Part shown: in pieces, positions 50,922 through 64,000 of the stretch
Layout of the letters: each line of letters starts with the position of its first letter
How positions within the stretch are numbered: the stretch's first letter is position 1
Assembly (NCBI GenBank): GCA_002633005.1
Contig: NMRA01000514.1
Span: 186,001-250,000 of the forward strand
Direction: 5' to 3'
Source of the DNA: Phoronis australis
Taxonomy: Eukaryota > Animalia > Phoronida
Length of the DNA stretch: 64,000 bases
Notes under the pieces: model-generated
Databases searched by the model: none
What the model was told of the DNA's origin: nothing
Seen by the model: the letters and a program-made list of their open reading frames with translations, nothing else
Program-made: the position numbers and the translations under genes

Positions 50922-51829
50922 GGATCTTCACCAGGTAAACAAGGCCGTTCATATCGCAAGCAACTTACTGCTACGTGAGGGCTTATCTGTGCTTGATTCC
51001 AACTTCCACTCGACCTTGATGTTATATTGCTAGTCATGTGACATATTGTAATCTGAAGGCTAAGGCTGGGAAAAGGATGTTTAAAACCTATCTTGAACGG
51101 TAACACCTGTAAATTTGGTTCCTACATTATGTTAAGAGCCCTGAGCCCACTAGTGCCATGAATTGCCAAATGTAACGAATTGCTTGACCGTATTGGCGTG
51201 CTTTTGTTTACGTCACCGTGAGAATCACCTTTTAATTCAAACACCTGCGAATAACATTCGCACGCAAGGGTGTTCTATTCAGACCCCTATTTAATACAGC
51301 TGTTGTTGGCCTTTTGTTCTTTGTGCTGGGATCTCGCCGGTGATAAAGCAACATGGCACGAAAATGCAGCTTCACCTAATTGACGGGCTTACATTTGCGT
51401 GATTGAACTCTCGTTTTCTTATTTTTTGTCATTCTTTGCTAGGACTACCTGGTTATCCCAATATATCTAAAATAACGAAATTCCGTTGAAGTTAGGCTTT
51501 AAGCTTATCGCATAAATTTGTACATTTTTACACCTCAAATTTTAGTTTTCTTTTTCCAGTTTTCCCTGGTTTTAAGCTGATCAGTCTTTATAGCAATCTG
51601 ATTTTTGTTCCATTTGTTTGTTACTTCATGAAATACGAATAAGTACATTCCTATTTTATTTCAGCGTTGCTTTAACAAAACAACGCTGGGTCAGGGTTTC
51701 TTTAAAAATCCGCTTGACAACCTTTGCTGGTCTTACGCTGCTTTTCATCAAGCTGGGTTGCATAAAAATTTCAACTTGATAATTACATGTCACGTAAAAC
51801 AACACAATATAGATCGTCTACAAAGAATA

Positions 51830-54800
51830 ACATCAAATCATTGGTCAACAAGTACCGTATTTTCTTCAGGATGTAATTTAATAAAGTTAATTAACACTTG
51901 GAAATTAAGTTTTTTAACAAACTTTTTGCTAAGTATGTAATTTCTTGCTAGCATGATCAACAGATTAATGTTACAATTTTCCGACTGAATGTTTCCCAAA
52001 AAACCAAAGAAACACTGCTATCTTGTCCAGATCAAAATTTACATGATATGTTTGTTTTAACCACTCAGCAAACAGGAGCCAGAAACCGGAGATAAGACGA
52101 CATTCCCAAAAGAGATGGAGAAAAGTTTCACTGTGTTCACCACAGAAAGAGCATAGATCACTTGTTTTTATTTTAATTTTAGGTAAATAATTATTAGTTG
52201 GTAATATTCTGTGAATTAAGCGTTATTGAAACCAACACAATTTTGTATCTTTTGTACAATTGAAGGGGGTTTATTTACTTTTCTCCACCATGTATCAGAG
52301 TCACTAAAATTTATATTATTTATAACACCGTTTATATCTATCTCAGATGACCACTTGTTTTCATATTTACAAGCGGTCTGAAGTGACTGTACTAAAGTGT
52401 CATAAATACTTACCGCTTGTGATTTATTATGTAAAATTTTATAAATAGAACTTGGAAATTTTGGTAAAAAGATATTGTCTTGTCTATTCTTAAGACCCCT
52501 GTACGCTGCAAAGGTTGCACTTCTTAATCCATAGAATTCTAGTATTGGAGGTTGAAAGTTATAGCTATTACAGTGTTGTTTGTATGACATAAAAGAACCT
52601 TCAGCATTAAACAAATCACACACACGATAGACTCCCTTTTCATATACCAAGTCTTGTAGAAAATAGATTTTCTACCAACTTTAATCTTTGAATTATACCA
52701 CAGGGGAGAGTAAATAATATTTTCATTTTTGTCACACATTTGAAACAGGAGCACAACATCGCTTAAAACTTGCTCCCAGAGCAGATTGTCGGTTCCTTCA
52801 GCTATTTTTCTAAGGAAAGCGTCTCCCATTTTAAAAAAAGTTATCAACTTTACAACCCAAATCTGCCTCGGCAAGATCACGTATGGTATTTTTGGTGAAT
52901 AGTTTACGAAGCCACAATATTTTCAAAGACTTAATAAAAAACTAACATGAACCATTTTAAACCACCATGATCCTGATTTTGTACAATTTCATTTCGACTA
53001 ACTCTTTCATTCTTCCCATTCCAAATGAAGCCAAAAAAACTCGCTCTAATTGTTGAATCATGTCAGTGGACGGGCTAGGGAGGGGTTGAAGCAAATGAAC
53101 AATCTTGAGCAATTAAAATGTCTTAACCAAGGTTATTTTACCTAAAACAGTAAGAATTCTTCTTGACCAAGAGCTCACCATTTTCTTAATTTCCACAAGC
53201 CTGCAACTATAGTTAAGACCCGGCATTGTATTATAATCAGTGTAGAAGTTGATTCCCAAAAACATGAAAGGTTTGTTGGTCCCTAACAGGTTCTCGTTGA
53301 CACAACGATTTTCGTCAGGGTCTTTTTTTTAACCAATCCAAACACATCTTGTTTTCTCGATGTGTGGCTTCAAACCAGAAAAATTCGCAAAATTGGTCAA
53401 TTAAATTCAAAGACGATCTAAGACATAACTTAGAACCGTCCAAAATTAAACAAGTGTCGTCAGCGTACTGGATCAATTAAAACTCAGAAACACTTATCCT
53501 GATCCCAGTGATGCCATCATCCCGACGCATTAAATTACCCAATATTTCTACACATAATACAAAAAGATAAGGAGAAATAGGGTCTCCTTGACGACAGCCT
53601 CTCCCAATTTCAAAAATTCAGAGAAAAATCCATGTTGGAGAACGCAAAGACAAGATTTGTTGTAGAGTGTTTTGACCGTGTCAATGAACCTTGGGCCAAA
53701 GTTAAAGTATGATAATGCCTTGAGGATGAAAGACAAGGAAACCGAGTTGAAAGCTTTTTCAAAATCGATCATTAAGAGGAGTCCGGGAAAGGGTTGACAG
53801 TCTAAAGATTGAATTACATCATATAAAATTCTTATGTTTTCCCCAATATATCTGCCTTTCATGAAAGCTTGTTGGTTCTCGTGAATAAGGGGTCCGAGGA
53901 CGCTTTTTAGGTGTCTTGCAATACATCCAGACAACATTTTGTAAGTAATATTCAATAGTGAAATTGGACACCAATTTTTGATAAATTCTCTTGGTTTATT
54001 TTCTTTTGGTATTATTGAGATAATACCCTGTTTTTGCGTTGTAGATAATTCTCCTTTATTGATACCTTCTTCAAAAGATCGGAACAAATAATATTTAAGG
54101 TCAAGCCAAGAAAAAATTAAAAATTCTACTGTGAAACCATCTGGATCAGGATTTTTGTTGTTTTTTAAATCCTTCAGAGTTGCATGAATTTTCTTCAATG
54201 TGATAAATTTTTCAAGTTCGACTTGGTTAGACTGGTTCAATTTAGGGATTGGGCACGATGCCAAAAGTTCATTTAAGTTAACATCAACAAGGTCGCCGTC
54301 TTTACAGGTGTATAAATTTTTATAAAAAGAAGTGATCTCCGAGAGGATAGCGGATTGTTCCTTGATAATAGCGTTATTGAAGCTCAGTAGCTTAGTTACA
54401 TTCTTATTCACAAAATTTCGTTTTCCTAATGCACAAAAATATTTGGTTGGTTTTTCGCCATTTTCAACCCATTTGCATGTATTCTCTGCGATAATCCTTA
54501 TATTATTAACAATAACGTCTCCAAAAACAATTGATCAGATATATAAAACTGAAGATTATCAGAGTCAATTCCTTGTATTTTGTTCAAATTGTATACTGGA
54601 AGAGCATATTGTTTTTTCGTACACAAAATCTCATTCTTGACGAGATTAATATATTCTTTGTCTTTTAGCAGTGAGTTATTAAATTTCCAAAACCCCGGTC
54701 CTTTTTGAACGTAGTTAATTGCATTGTTAAGACGACGTTGTTATGGTCCGATCGGTAGCCCGACTGTATTTCCACCTTTTCGATGCGCCAGAGTAATTGT

Positions 54801-54850
54801 TGGGTAACAAGAAAATAATCTAACCAGGCCTTTTTGACTGGATTAATCAT
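51830..54850 (-). mobile_element. 5'-truncated, frameshifted L1/Tx1-clade LINE ORF2
   Basis: APE C-terminus LDYFLV..SDH; RT PDPDGFTVEF..PISLLNITYKMLS..GRYIGENIR..IDFEKAFNSV..QYADDT; C-terminal CSFC..ETFLHLFWEC. Confidence 0.92.
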
Positions 54851-55762
54851 TAATCTTTACCGACGCGGATCCTGCGCCCTCCAGTGTGCCACTCCGTTGC
54901 TGATCAATTGGCCTTTCGAAGAAAACTTTGAAATAAAACATTATTCTGATTGCTCCACCAACAATATTATTTTCCTGATAACAATATCCAATACGTAGGT
55001 CAAACTCAACATAATATACAAACTCGGTTTCGTAATCATAGATTTAATATAATACATAAATACATTTCTGATAGTATAGGTAATCATTTCAATTAAAAAA
55101 CCATAATCTTCAAGATCTTTCTATACAAATCATAGAAAAACTCCAATACCCCAGTATCCCTCACAGACTCAAAAGAGAACAATTTTGGATAGATTAGCTC
55201 AATACATTAGAACCTAATGGATTAAACATAAAAACTCCTTAAATTATATCCTTGATTTTTTCCTCAACAATGTATCATATTCATTACACCATAGACTCTA
55301 TGATTACACCACATCTTAAATGTCAATTGTCATAGAGCGTTAGATTTTACTTTATTTCTGTTTCTGTAGACGAAGGGTGTTTTTATATCCGAAAATTTCA
55401 GTTGATCCATTCTTGTTGTTTTATTTACCTATATTTATTTTGAATTAAGAATGTTATTGGCAGTCGAACCCTTGGGGTACCCACAACTCACGTGCGCATC
55501 ATGCTCGTGTACCCTAAATCCGTAACGTTCCCAAGTCTAATATTGACTGAATTTTCTCGCGAAATTTGATCGAAGCACTGGTGCCTCCACAGAGTTTAGC
55601 ATTCTAAAAGCAAAGTTTGCTCGCCATGATGCCTATGGCGAGGGTCCACCCCAGTCCATGGATGTCTGTCGAGGTGGCGGCACCGATTGCCAGAGGTGGC
55701 GATGAGGACAACAGAACATTGTAAACAATCATTTGACACTTGAAGCTGATATTCGTTATTCT

Positions 55763-56083
55763 CAGTGGCGGATTTAGGGGCAAGGCTGACATGGCCCCCC
55801 GCCCTAAAATTCTCCCAGATACCATTTGGGAGTACAGGGTGCGACTGAATTGCTGAGTACCATATGCGCACACCCAGGGTGTTCGGGGGGGGGGCGAATG
55901 CACAATGCACAGGCCTCGAAGAAACCCCATTTACCTTATTTTTTATTAATAATTAAGGTCCACAAACCCAAAAATTCGAGAACCCTGCAATCCCTACACT
56001 TAGGCTGGGCCCGCGCATGTGGCGAAATTGTGGCTATTCCTGTGCCCTTCCCCCTCCCCCAACTTAAAATCCTGGATCCGCCC
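55763..56083. mobile_element. hAT-like MITE
   Basis: CAGTGGCGGATTTAGGGG ... CCTGGATCCGCCC ends; TSD not resolved. Confidence 0.5.
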
Positions 56084-56385
56084 GGCCTAGTCTGTAGAAA
56101 ATGTCTGACTTTAATTAGTACAACTACTTGTTCGAAAACTGAGGCCTCAGTGTTTCCGGCATAATCGAGATCAAAACAACATAATTATACTAAAAAGATA
56201 GGTTCTCTACTTTTTCTACAAAATACCTCTAACATGCACATTTTCCAGAAATGCGTCTAGACTACTAGCTAGGTCCTTAGCCAAAGTTTGAACGAAAGCT
56301 GTCGTCAGGTAGCGCTTTTGAAACTGCCACCAAGCGGACGTTCAAAGAACATATCAAAGATGGCTGCGTCCTAGCGAAGTCAGAA

Positions 56386-56411
56386 ATGAGCTCCGTTGCT
56401 CAACTTTTAAG
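56386..56411 (+). CDS. SMG7: SMG7 exon 1
   Basis: MSSVAQLL(R); donor AG|GTATGC, phase 2. Confidence 0.8.
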
Positions 56412-59400
56412 GTATGCGTTCCACTTGTTGCCCTGTTCCAACCTTCTACTCTTGTTATTTCTATTTAACACACAATTTAATTTTCCGATTTTTACCTTAA
56501 CTCAAGTAGCCAAGAGCTGAACTCACGACAAGGGTCCCAAGGCCAGGGACAAAATTGAAAATGCACAGCCGTCCTCAGCTTCTGATCGTTCACAATACAC
56601 TATATAATATACTACGAGGTATGACACTCCGGACCAGAAGTTCCATGGGTGCTTCACTTCAGGCGTCCATAGCTAACACAAAACTCATTAAGTTTGCACA
56701 AAACAGAGGTTCAACAAATCATGAGGAATTGTTCTGTCTTTCAATGCCATTTACGGTGTCCTGCTTTACCCAGTTGACAAGAAATTCGCAGTCAAAGCAC
56801 AAAAATCTTTTCAAAAAGCCTGTCCGGAGAAACTATTTTGTAAATCGAAGGTTAAGCACGATGATTACGGAATTATCCGATGAGTTATTGATGAACGGCA
56901 ATTGCTGATTTGTCACGGAAAGTTACGAAATCGTGATAATCTGCAATTGCTGTTCATCTGTAACTCATCGGATAATTCCGTATCGTCCTTGACCTTCAAT
57001 TTACAAAGGAGTTTCTCCGGACGGCCCTTTTGGGAAGATTTTTGTGCTTTGACTGGGAATTTCTTGCGAACTGGGTGGAGCAGGACACCGTAATTGGCAT
57101 TGGGAGAAAGAACAATTTTTGCGTGGTTTGTTGAATGGTGTTTTGTGTAAATTTATTGAATTTTGTGTTTGCTATGGATGGCTGAAGTGAAGCACCCGTG
57201 GAATTTCTAGCCGGGAGTGTCATATACCTTGTAGTATCGTATAGTGTATTGTGGACAATCAGAAGCTGAGGACGCCTGTGACAAAATGTAGGGATTTCTC
57301 ATTGGGGTTTTTATACTTGATTCGAGCGTTTAGTAAGCCTTGGCTTTGCCTGGAGCCTAGGGGAACTGGTAAACTACACTTTGTTGACATATAGTCGCTA
57401 ATCTAAGCATAAAACCACCTGGTTTTCATATTCCTGAACACCTCCAGTGTAGAAAGGGGACCAGTTTATCGAACATTTAATGGAATATACTTTCAAATAA
57501 AATGCTAATGCAAACAAACATTCAAGTCATTCAATGAAAATTGTTTGGTATAACTTAGATATAAAATTTTGTGTAATAATTTTATTTAAATATTTTGGAG
57601 TAAACGCATTCTTCAGAAGCATTTTGTTGATGCAAATCACAACATGTGCGAAAGAGTGCTTGTCTCTAAAGTTCTAAACTGTTCAATAATTTACTTTCTT
57701 GTGGTAGGAATCTTGACAGGAGGAGTGTCGAAACTGATGTAGTCCAGTGTTGTTTTGTTTCTGAAAGTCTTCTCAGATGCTGATATTGGTTGTTTTGAGC
57801 GTTGGATTAGACCGCTGTTTTCTCACAGTAAAAATGCAGCTGTTGTGAAGTTATGCTTTGAAATGAAGAAACACAACATGTGCCACATATTGAGTGCGTT
57901 CACCATTATGCTCAAACATGGCTGACATGTCGTACATTTGGCGATGTAGAAAATGGTACCAACACCACTTCTGTGTATATTGTTAAATTTCAAAGTTGTA
58001 AGAAATTTTTCATAGTGTACTGTTCGATTAGCTGGTCCTCTCCCTGTAACTGGTCGCGTGTTGTTAGTAATGATCTTACAAGTGTGTTGAGACCAGTTGC
58101 TATAGTGCAGTACTTTGTTCTTTGAATATTGGTCTTTGAAATTAGAGTTTTTCCAGAATTCTCTACCAAATCTTCTCCACAGTCACTCAGTATTTAAACA
58201 AAATTGAGCCTGACATCTACTGGTGATTTGCTGCCAATTTCAGCCTCCGCAAACGAAAGTATTGACTGTATTTTAGTAGCTGTCTCATTTATCATTTGAA
58301 AATTAGTGTGACTAACATTATGCCTCTAAAAAGAGAAAAACTTTGTACGTTGCCGACGAATGTGCAGAGCACTTAATGTTGTACTTTGTGCTGATGCCCA
58401 TGTATGCTAGTATATGGATCATTTCTTTTTCTATTTGGCATTTAATGGGTGTGTGTTTCAACGAGGCGTATATGTTACTGTATAATAAGTTCTACTCATC
58501 ACTGCGTTCGTCTGTCTTTTACAGAAAAGCAGATGAACTGAAATCTACAATATCAGGTAATTACACTTTCAATTTCCTATTTCATACTTTGCTATTTTAT
58601 GTCTGTTGTTTTCTACCAGTCCACTAGTTCTAACTTTTTATCAGCATCAAAGCTCAGTAGATTTTTAATTGATATTTAACATAATTACTGAAATTATTCT
58701 CAGACGTATCACTATTCCCTATGCTTCATCAGTGAACTGGGGCACACGGTCATCACATGTTGCTTGATTCTCACCATTTAAAGTTAATTTCGCACATTGC
58801 GATCAGTCAGTTTTTTATTAACCTTAAGTTAAGTTTGATTGTCATGGGTCCAGAAGTTTTCTTGGCAAATAATTTCCCGGATTTTTTCCTCTGTGATAGT
58901 TACTTACTGGGGTCCCACATTTGGAGAACCAGTTTTCTCCATTGAATGACTACCATCAAATTGGTTCTGGAAATCCGGGGCCCGTGTAATTGAACAATTA
59001 CCTATTTTTCTTTCTGTATTGTCACCTTAATTTTTGCGTTCTGACTCCCACCTTGACCTCATTAAATTTTTTAAACCATGTTCATTGTTGTCCTAGCTGT
59101 CCCGTAGTTGAAAACTTAAGATCTTCACCTCTAAGCCTCACATCAGCACCAAATGAACGATAACAATTTCCCATCACAAAGCAGTGAGGCAAATACCTTA
59201 CTTGTTAAAAGACTTCACCACAACTCATGCGTCCGAATCCCCACAGCAGATGGGAAAGACGAGTTGCCTAAGTGCTTGTTGGATTGGATTTGCTGGCAAA
59301 GGAAACTCAACCATGCAATAGTACCATAAGTGCGTACCACCTGAGTGTGGGTCATGGTAAAATGTACCGTTTTCACCTGTTAATTCAAGGAGTGAAAGCC

Positions 59401-62400
59401 AAGCTACAAATGAATGTTTTTGCTATGTGCTGTGTACTTAGCATACTTAGATGTCAACGCTCAGTTGCATGGAACAGTCATAAATAGGGACTCATCTAAG
59501 TTTGCTAAATCTAAGTTGCGTATTTGTGGACTTGTGAAAAACATTGGTTATCCTTTCTTATGCTGTTTTACTGTAGAAATTTCTTTTAACAATCCAGGAA
59601 ATTTACCTTAAAGGCGAAGGCAACCTTTTTCCATGTCATTTTGAGCTAAAATAAGGTTGGTTGGTTATCCTAGACATATTTTCCACTTAATTACAGCTTT
59701 TCGTAATTTTATAAATTACTCGTCCGCTACTCCGGAAAAGACGTTTTAGGAGGCAAGAGTTTCCCGCCACTTGGTTTTGCNNNNNNNNNNNNNNNNNNNN
59801 NNNNNNNNNNNNNNNNNNNNNNNNNNNNNNNNNNNNNNNNNNNNNNNNNNNNNNNNNNNNNNNNNNNNNNNNNNNNNNNNNNNNNNNNNNNNNNNNNNNN
59901 NNNNNNNNNNNNNNNNNNNNNNNNNNNNNNNNNNNNNNNNNNNNNNNNNNNNNNNNNNNNNNNNNNNNNNNNNNNNNNNNNNNNNNNNNNNNNNNNNNNN
60001 NNNNNNNNNNNNNNNNNNNNNNNNNNNNNNNNNNNNNNNNNNNNNNNNNNNNNNNNNNNNNNNNNNNNNNNNNNNNNNNNNNNNNNNNNNNNNNNNNNNN
60101 NNNNNNNNNNNNNNNNNNNNNNNNNNNNNNNNNNNNNNNNNNNNNNNNNNNNNNNNNNNNNNNNNNNNNNNNNNNNNNNNNNNNNNNNNNNNNNNNNNNN
60201 NNNNNNNNNNNNNNNNNNNNNNNNNNNNNNNNNNNNNNNNNNNNNNNNNNNNNNNNNNNNNNNNNNNNNNNNNNNNNNNNNNNNNNNNNNNNNNNNNNNN
60301 NNNNNNNNNNNNNNNNNNNNNNNNNNNNNNNNNNNNNNNNNNNNNNNNNNNNNNNNNNNNNNNNNNNNNNNNNNNGTAATTCTCCACTGCTTTGTACGTT
60401 GCGTGGACGGGTAACGCTGCGTTCTTCACACGAACGAGCCAAGTACAGCGAAGTGTGTCATCCATCGGAAAGCGATGCAAAGGTACTCCCAAAGCGCGCG
60501 TGAGCCGATAATTAGTACATCCTGGTACGCAGCAATAGTGTGGCATGTTGACTGACTAGTAAATGAAAGCAAACGACGACGGAACTTAACAGAACCGAGG
60601 TAGAACAATGACTGACTCGGCAGCTCTCACAGTCAGACTATATGAAAAGAAATTGTCGCGAAATGCTTGCCTCCTAAAATGTCACTTACGGAGTAGCGGA
60701 CGAGTAATTAATAAAATTACGAAAAGCTGTAATTAAGTGGAAAATATGTCTAGGATAACCAACCAACCTTATTTTAGCTCAAAATGACATGGAAAAAGGT
60801 TGCCTTCACCTTTAAATGGCAGAAGTTTATGCTGTGCTGTTTTAGTCAATTTTTTGGTTTTGATACAAATCATGAGTGAACTCTGCATTGAATTCTCCAA
60901 ATTAATGAAAATGAGTAGGGATCTTTTCATGCAACGTTCCTAATTTAAGAACTAAGTTCTTAATTATTTGGACTGAATTAAGGGCTCAGCAGTTTTTAGT
61001 TATATTATTAGAAAATATTGGTAGTCAAACAGGAGCTCATGATAAAGATAAAATGATAGAAAAAGGATTACTAGTACATCTGTGAGTAAAGAACGATTCA
61101 AATACACAAAACATTGAGGAAACCTTGTTGAGTCCCTGTTTGAGACTGTTTTATTCAACCAGGTACTGAGGCCTCTAGCTGAGCCCATTTTCATTGTCTT
61201 CAGCGAGCCTTATTGTAACTTAAAGCTCCATTTCACCCGATTGGCTAATAAAAAAACGTTACAATCTGAAACTTACAGATGTGACTTGAGTTGATAATGA
61301 GAATGGAATCTTAAGACAGTAAGTATAGTTATCAGACTGGCTTCATGAGAGTAAAAGGGCCTCGTTTGATTTCGGCATTTAAGTCAACTTACAGGATGAA
61401 GTGCAGCTTTAATTTTTCCTCTCTGCCTCTCTTTCAGACCCGTCAACAGGGCAGGCTGATGCTTGGGTAGCAAGACAGGAGCTGCAGGACATCTATCAGA
61501 CTGTCCTTGTCAACGACCTTGAGCATGCCCTTGACAAGAAGGTGGAGCAAGACCTGTGAGTTGGCGATGTCGTTTTGCTCGTGCCTTCATGGCCGACTTG
61601 GTCTTGATCTCGTCTATTGTGTGTTGTTTGAATTTACACTGTGATGTATGTAGACACTCAAATAAGGGCAACTGATGTCAATTTGGGTGTTACACCCAAG
61701 TTGACAAAAATGTCTCAAGCGGAATGCAAGCACTTCGAGACCAAAGTGACAACTCTGGTATCTAGGCCCTCGATACTGAGGGCAGTGCCTGGGAGGAAGC
61801 CACCATTGTCAGCTCCTTTACTGACTACAGCACCATCTATGAGGTGTTGTCTCAAAGCTCTTTTTCTCTGAATTTAAGTGAGATGAGATCGCCTCCAATG
61901 AGTTACCAATACCCTACTGAATCAGTACTGATTGACAAAAGGAATATTGAAGACTTGTTTTAAAGTGATGAGAATGCGTAGACAGAAATTCTTTTGTTTG
62001 TGCTGCAGACTATGATATCAATGTTTAGTTTATTTTCAACATTTCAGTCCTTGGCCCACATGTTGCATAAAATTTACAGGATAACGCTGGGCAGTTTTTC
62101 CCTGAGTGCAGTGGCGTGAAATACAAATTTGATTAACCTGAGCAATAGGCCCCGATATTTTCAATAGCTTGACAAATTTATGTTTATTTGGTTCACACCA
62201 GCACCACTCGGGTATAAATGAAGTTCTCACAGAACAGTACTTTTTACAAACTCATATGAAATAGTATTCATCTTAGGGACACACAGAAACAACATTGTAC
62301 TAGGACTATACTAAAATTTAAGGTAAATTCATTAAATGACCTTAATTGTTTTTCTGCTAACTTAAGTCTCTAACTTTTCAGGTCCTCATTGTATGACTTG

Positions 62401-63509
62401 TGAATAATTTTGCTCAGACATTGCTCTCAAATTAAGAAATATTAATCATTGTTTGTTGGTTGTAACGTTTAGTACTTAGTTTTAGTTAGTAATTCTTTGA
62501 CGTGTTGATGTATTTTGACAGGTGGAACCATGCATTCAAAAACCAGATAAGCGCCATGCAAGCACAGAGTAAAGATAAGCAGGTATTGTGTAGGTTACCA
62601 CGGGCACAGTTTATATGGCAAGTAGTTGTAGACTTTTAGATTTTTTCTGAAATTAAAATTCTGGTGGTGTTCTGCTCCATAAAAATGCAAAAACTGGGCG
62701 AAGAACTATGAAGAAAGATGGCAGATGTGTTTTGTTGAAGAGAGCACTGCTCATTTGCTATTCACTCTTGAGAAGCCGATTCAAATTTACTAGCTTTGCT
62801 CCATTTTGTGGGAATGTTTATTTAGATAATGATCGTCTCTTGTGTCTGCATTATATGTGATGCATACAATGGGTTACGTATTAATGCTCTGCATCACTCT
62901 AGTCTTACTTGCCCTCATTTCACCCATGACTGTCAATTTTTCACTGAAGATGATGGAGTGTTTAGTCCACCAAAATGTGTGATGTTGTATGTATTGTGTT
63001 ATTTAGAAATAGTTAGTATCCTACGTGTTTTTATCCAGTCTCTGCTATGCTCAAATCATTCGTTACTAGTGGAAAGAGGTCGCCACACAAATATTCCCTA
63101 TGAAAATGGGTTTTGTAAGTTATGTTATTTTGGATGTGTAGAGAACGAATATGACGTTGTGTTAGTTTGTAGTGTTTACCATTAGCTATGGGTGATCGCT
63201 TTTGTCATTCTAAATTTGAATCTCATGATAACTCTCAATACCTCGCTTCTAGAATTCGTCCACTGTGCTCTCAGGCGTCACAATTTACTATCCAGTCAGT
63301 AACGCGCCTGACAATGTACTATCTTGTATATGTTATACTTTTGGCCAATGGCCATATTTCAATAGCGAAACTAATAAACCATAGATATTATAGTATTGTT
63401 GTCAACTTTCGTACTAAGTGTAATTTGCCATCCACAGGTTGATAAGAAGAATGAAGTGCATGCTAGTTTGAGCCTGTTCTTGGAGACAGCTAGCGGATTC
63501 TATCTTCAG
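56386..63509 (+). CDS. SMG7: SMG7 nonsense-mediated decay factor, N-terminal five exons (continues past the window)
   Basis: Exons 56386-56411, 58525-58556, 61438-61555, 62522-62582 and 63438-63509 splice to MSSVAQLLRKADELKSTISDPSTGQADAWVARQELQDIYQTVLVNDLEHALDKKVEQDLWNHAFKNQISAMQAQSKDKQVDKKNEVHASLSLFLETASGFYLQ, which matches the SMG7 EST1/14-3-3-like N-terminus. Confidence 0.93.
56564..57280. mobile_element. ~715-bp fold-back element in SMG7 intron 1
   Basis: CACAGCCGTCCTCAGCTTCTGAT ... ATCAGAAGCTGAGGACGCCTGTG; arms of about 350 bp with a short spacer near 56925. Confidence 0.85.
58525..58556 (+). CDS. SMG7: SMG7 exon 2 (32 nt)
   Basis: KADELKSTIS; ttttacAG ... G|GTAATT. Confidence 0.8.
59612..60811 (-). 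mobile_element. Kolobok-like DNA transposon with THAP-domain ORF (centre in assembly gap)
   Basis: TTAA TSD, ~150-bp near-perfect TIRs starting AGG, ORF MPHYCCVPGCTN..LHRFP..W (THAP). Confidence 0.85.
61438..61555 (+). CDS. SMG7: SMG7 exon 3
   Basis: RQELQDIYQTVLVNDLEHALDKKVEQDL. Confidence 0.93.
62522..62582 (+). CDS. SMG7: SMG7 exon 4
   Basis: WNHAFKNQISAMQAQSKDKQ. Confidence 0.93.
63020..63190 (+). mobile_element. 3' fragment of a CR1/L2-group LINE ORF2
   Basis: SNHSLLVERGRHTNIPYENGFCKLC..VENEYDVVLVCSVY. Confidence 0.7.
63438..63509 (+). CDS. SMG7: SMG7 exon 5
   Basis: NEVHASLSLFLETASGFYLQ|GTAAGT. Confidence 0.93.
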
Positions 63510-63520
63510 GTAAGTTGTCA

Positions 63521-63600
63521 TTGGTTCACTCTTTCAGCAGACGGCCTCTCTGTAGCACTATTGGTTCACTCTTTCAGCAGACGGCCTCTCTCTAGCACAG
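63521..63600 (+). repeat. 40-bp tandem duplication
   Basis: TTGGTTCACTCTTTCAGCAGACGGCCTCTCT..TAGCAC twice. Confidence 0.9.
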
Positions 63601-64000
63601 TCTTTAAGACACTGTCACTAGGTACTCTATTTGGATTACTCACCCGGACGTTACTTCTTTGGAGAACTCCTAATGTGATCCATTCCAACTGTCGCAAATT
63701 CACATCTATGTCGTCCCCAAAGTGGTGTGGAATTTTTGGAGTTGTGGTGAAACCTTGTCAATTTCAGACAAGAATATTGCCCTTTTTCACTTTCAAAGTG
63801 TTTCTAATTTTGTAGACAGTAGTCGCATTTTTTTAAAACATAATCGTTGGTGTGGTATAGAACTTAAACATGAAAAATCATTTTATCTAAAAAAAATAAT
63901 TGCAGGTGGTCTGATACACATTGTACCAAACATGCACAGATCGCGAATGTGGGCCCATTGCACTGATCACCCGGAACTATTTTTATGCTTTATTAATATA

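Noticed and set aside
57500-59300. Possible degraded LINE in SMG7 introns
   Set aside because: No diagnostic motif could be read with confidence.
59687-60442. Long ORFs in the supplied track
   Set aside because: They run through the N gap; only the THAP N-terminus (60546-60376) is real sequence.
16327-63509. Functional link between the premature TGA and the neighbouring NMD gene SMG7
   Set aside because: Only physical proximity; there is no sequence evidence of coupling.

Overview
Intron-rich animal (invertebrate metazoan) genomic DNA, AT-rich, with single-N joins at 15506 and 25749 and an N gap at 59781-60375. Three protein-coding genes can be rebuilt by hand from GT/AG splice sites with matching phases. 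(1) + strand 4687-36551, about 25 coding exons and about 1680 codons: a secreted mosaic protein with signal peptide, kringle, CxC plus coiled coil, 6 SUEL/Gal_lectin domains, 11 TSP1 repeats, one WSC domain and a (SHKHSK)5 tail. It carries an in-frame TGA at a conserved Cys and a young tandem array of five TSP1 exons, two of which begin with a 5' splice-site consensus. (2) - strand 50921-42809: a three-MAM-domain protein with an S/T-rich stalk and a GPI-signal-like end. (3) + strand from 56386: the first five exons of SMG7, running off the window. The remainder is transposon debris: BEL/Pao, a Penelope-like element with hammerhead-like motifs, two Kolobok-like elements (KolX/P2X7-tail-like and THAP), Academ, an L1/Tx1 LINE, a Helentron/HINE-like repeat, a hAT element with cargo, MITEs and fold-backs. 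All calls come from reading the sequence by eye; no database search was run.
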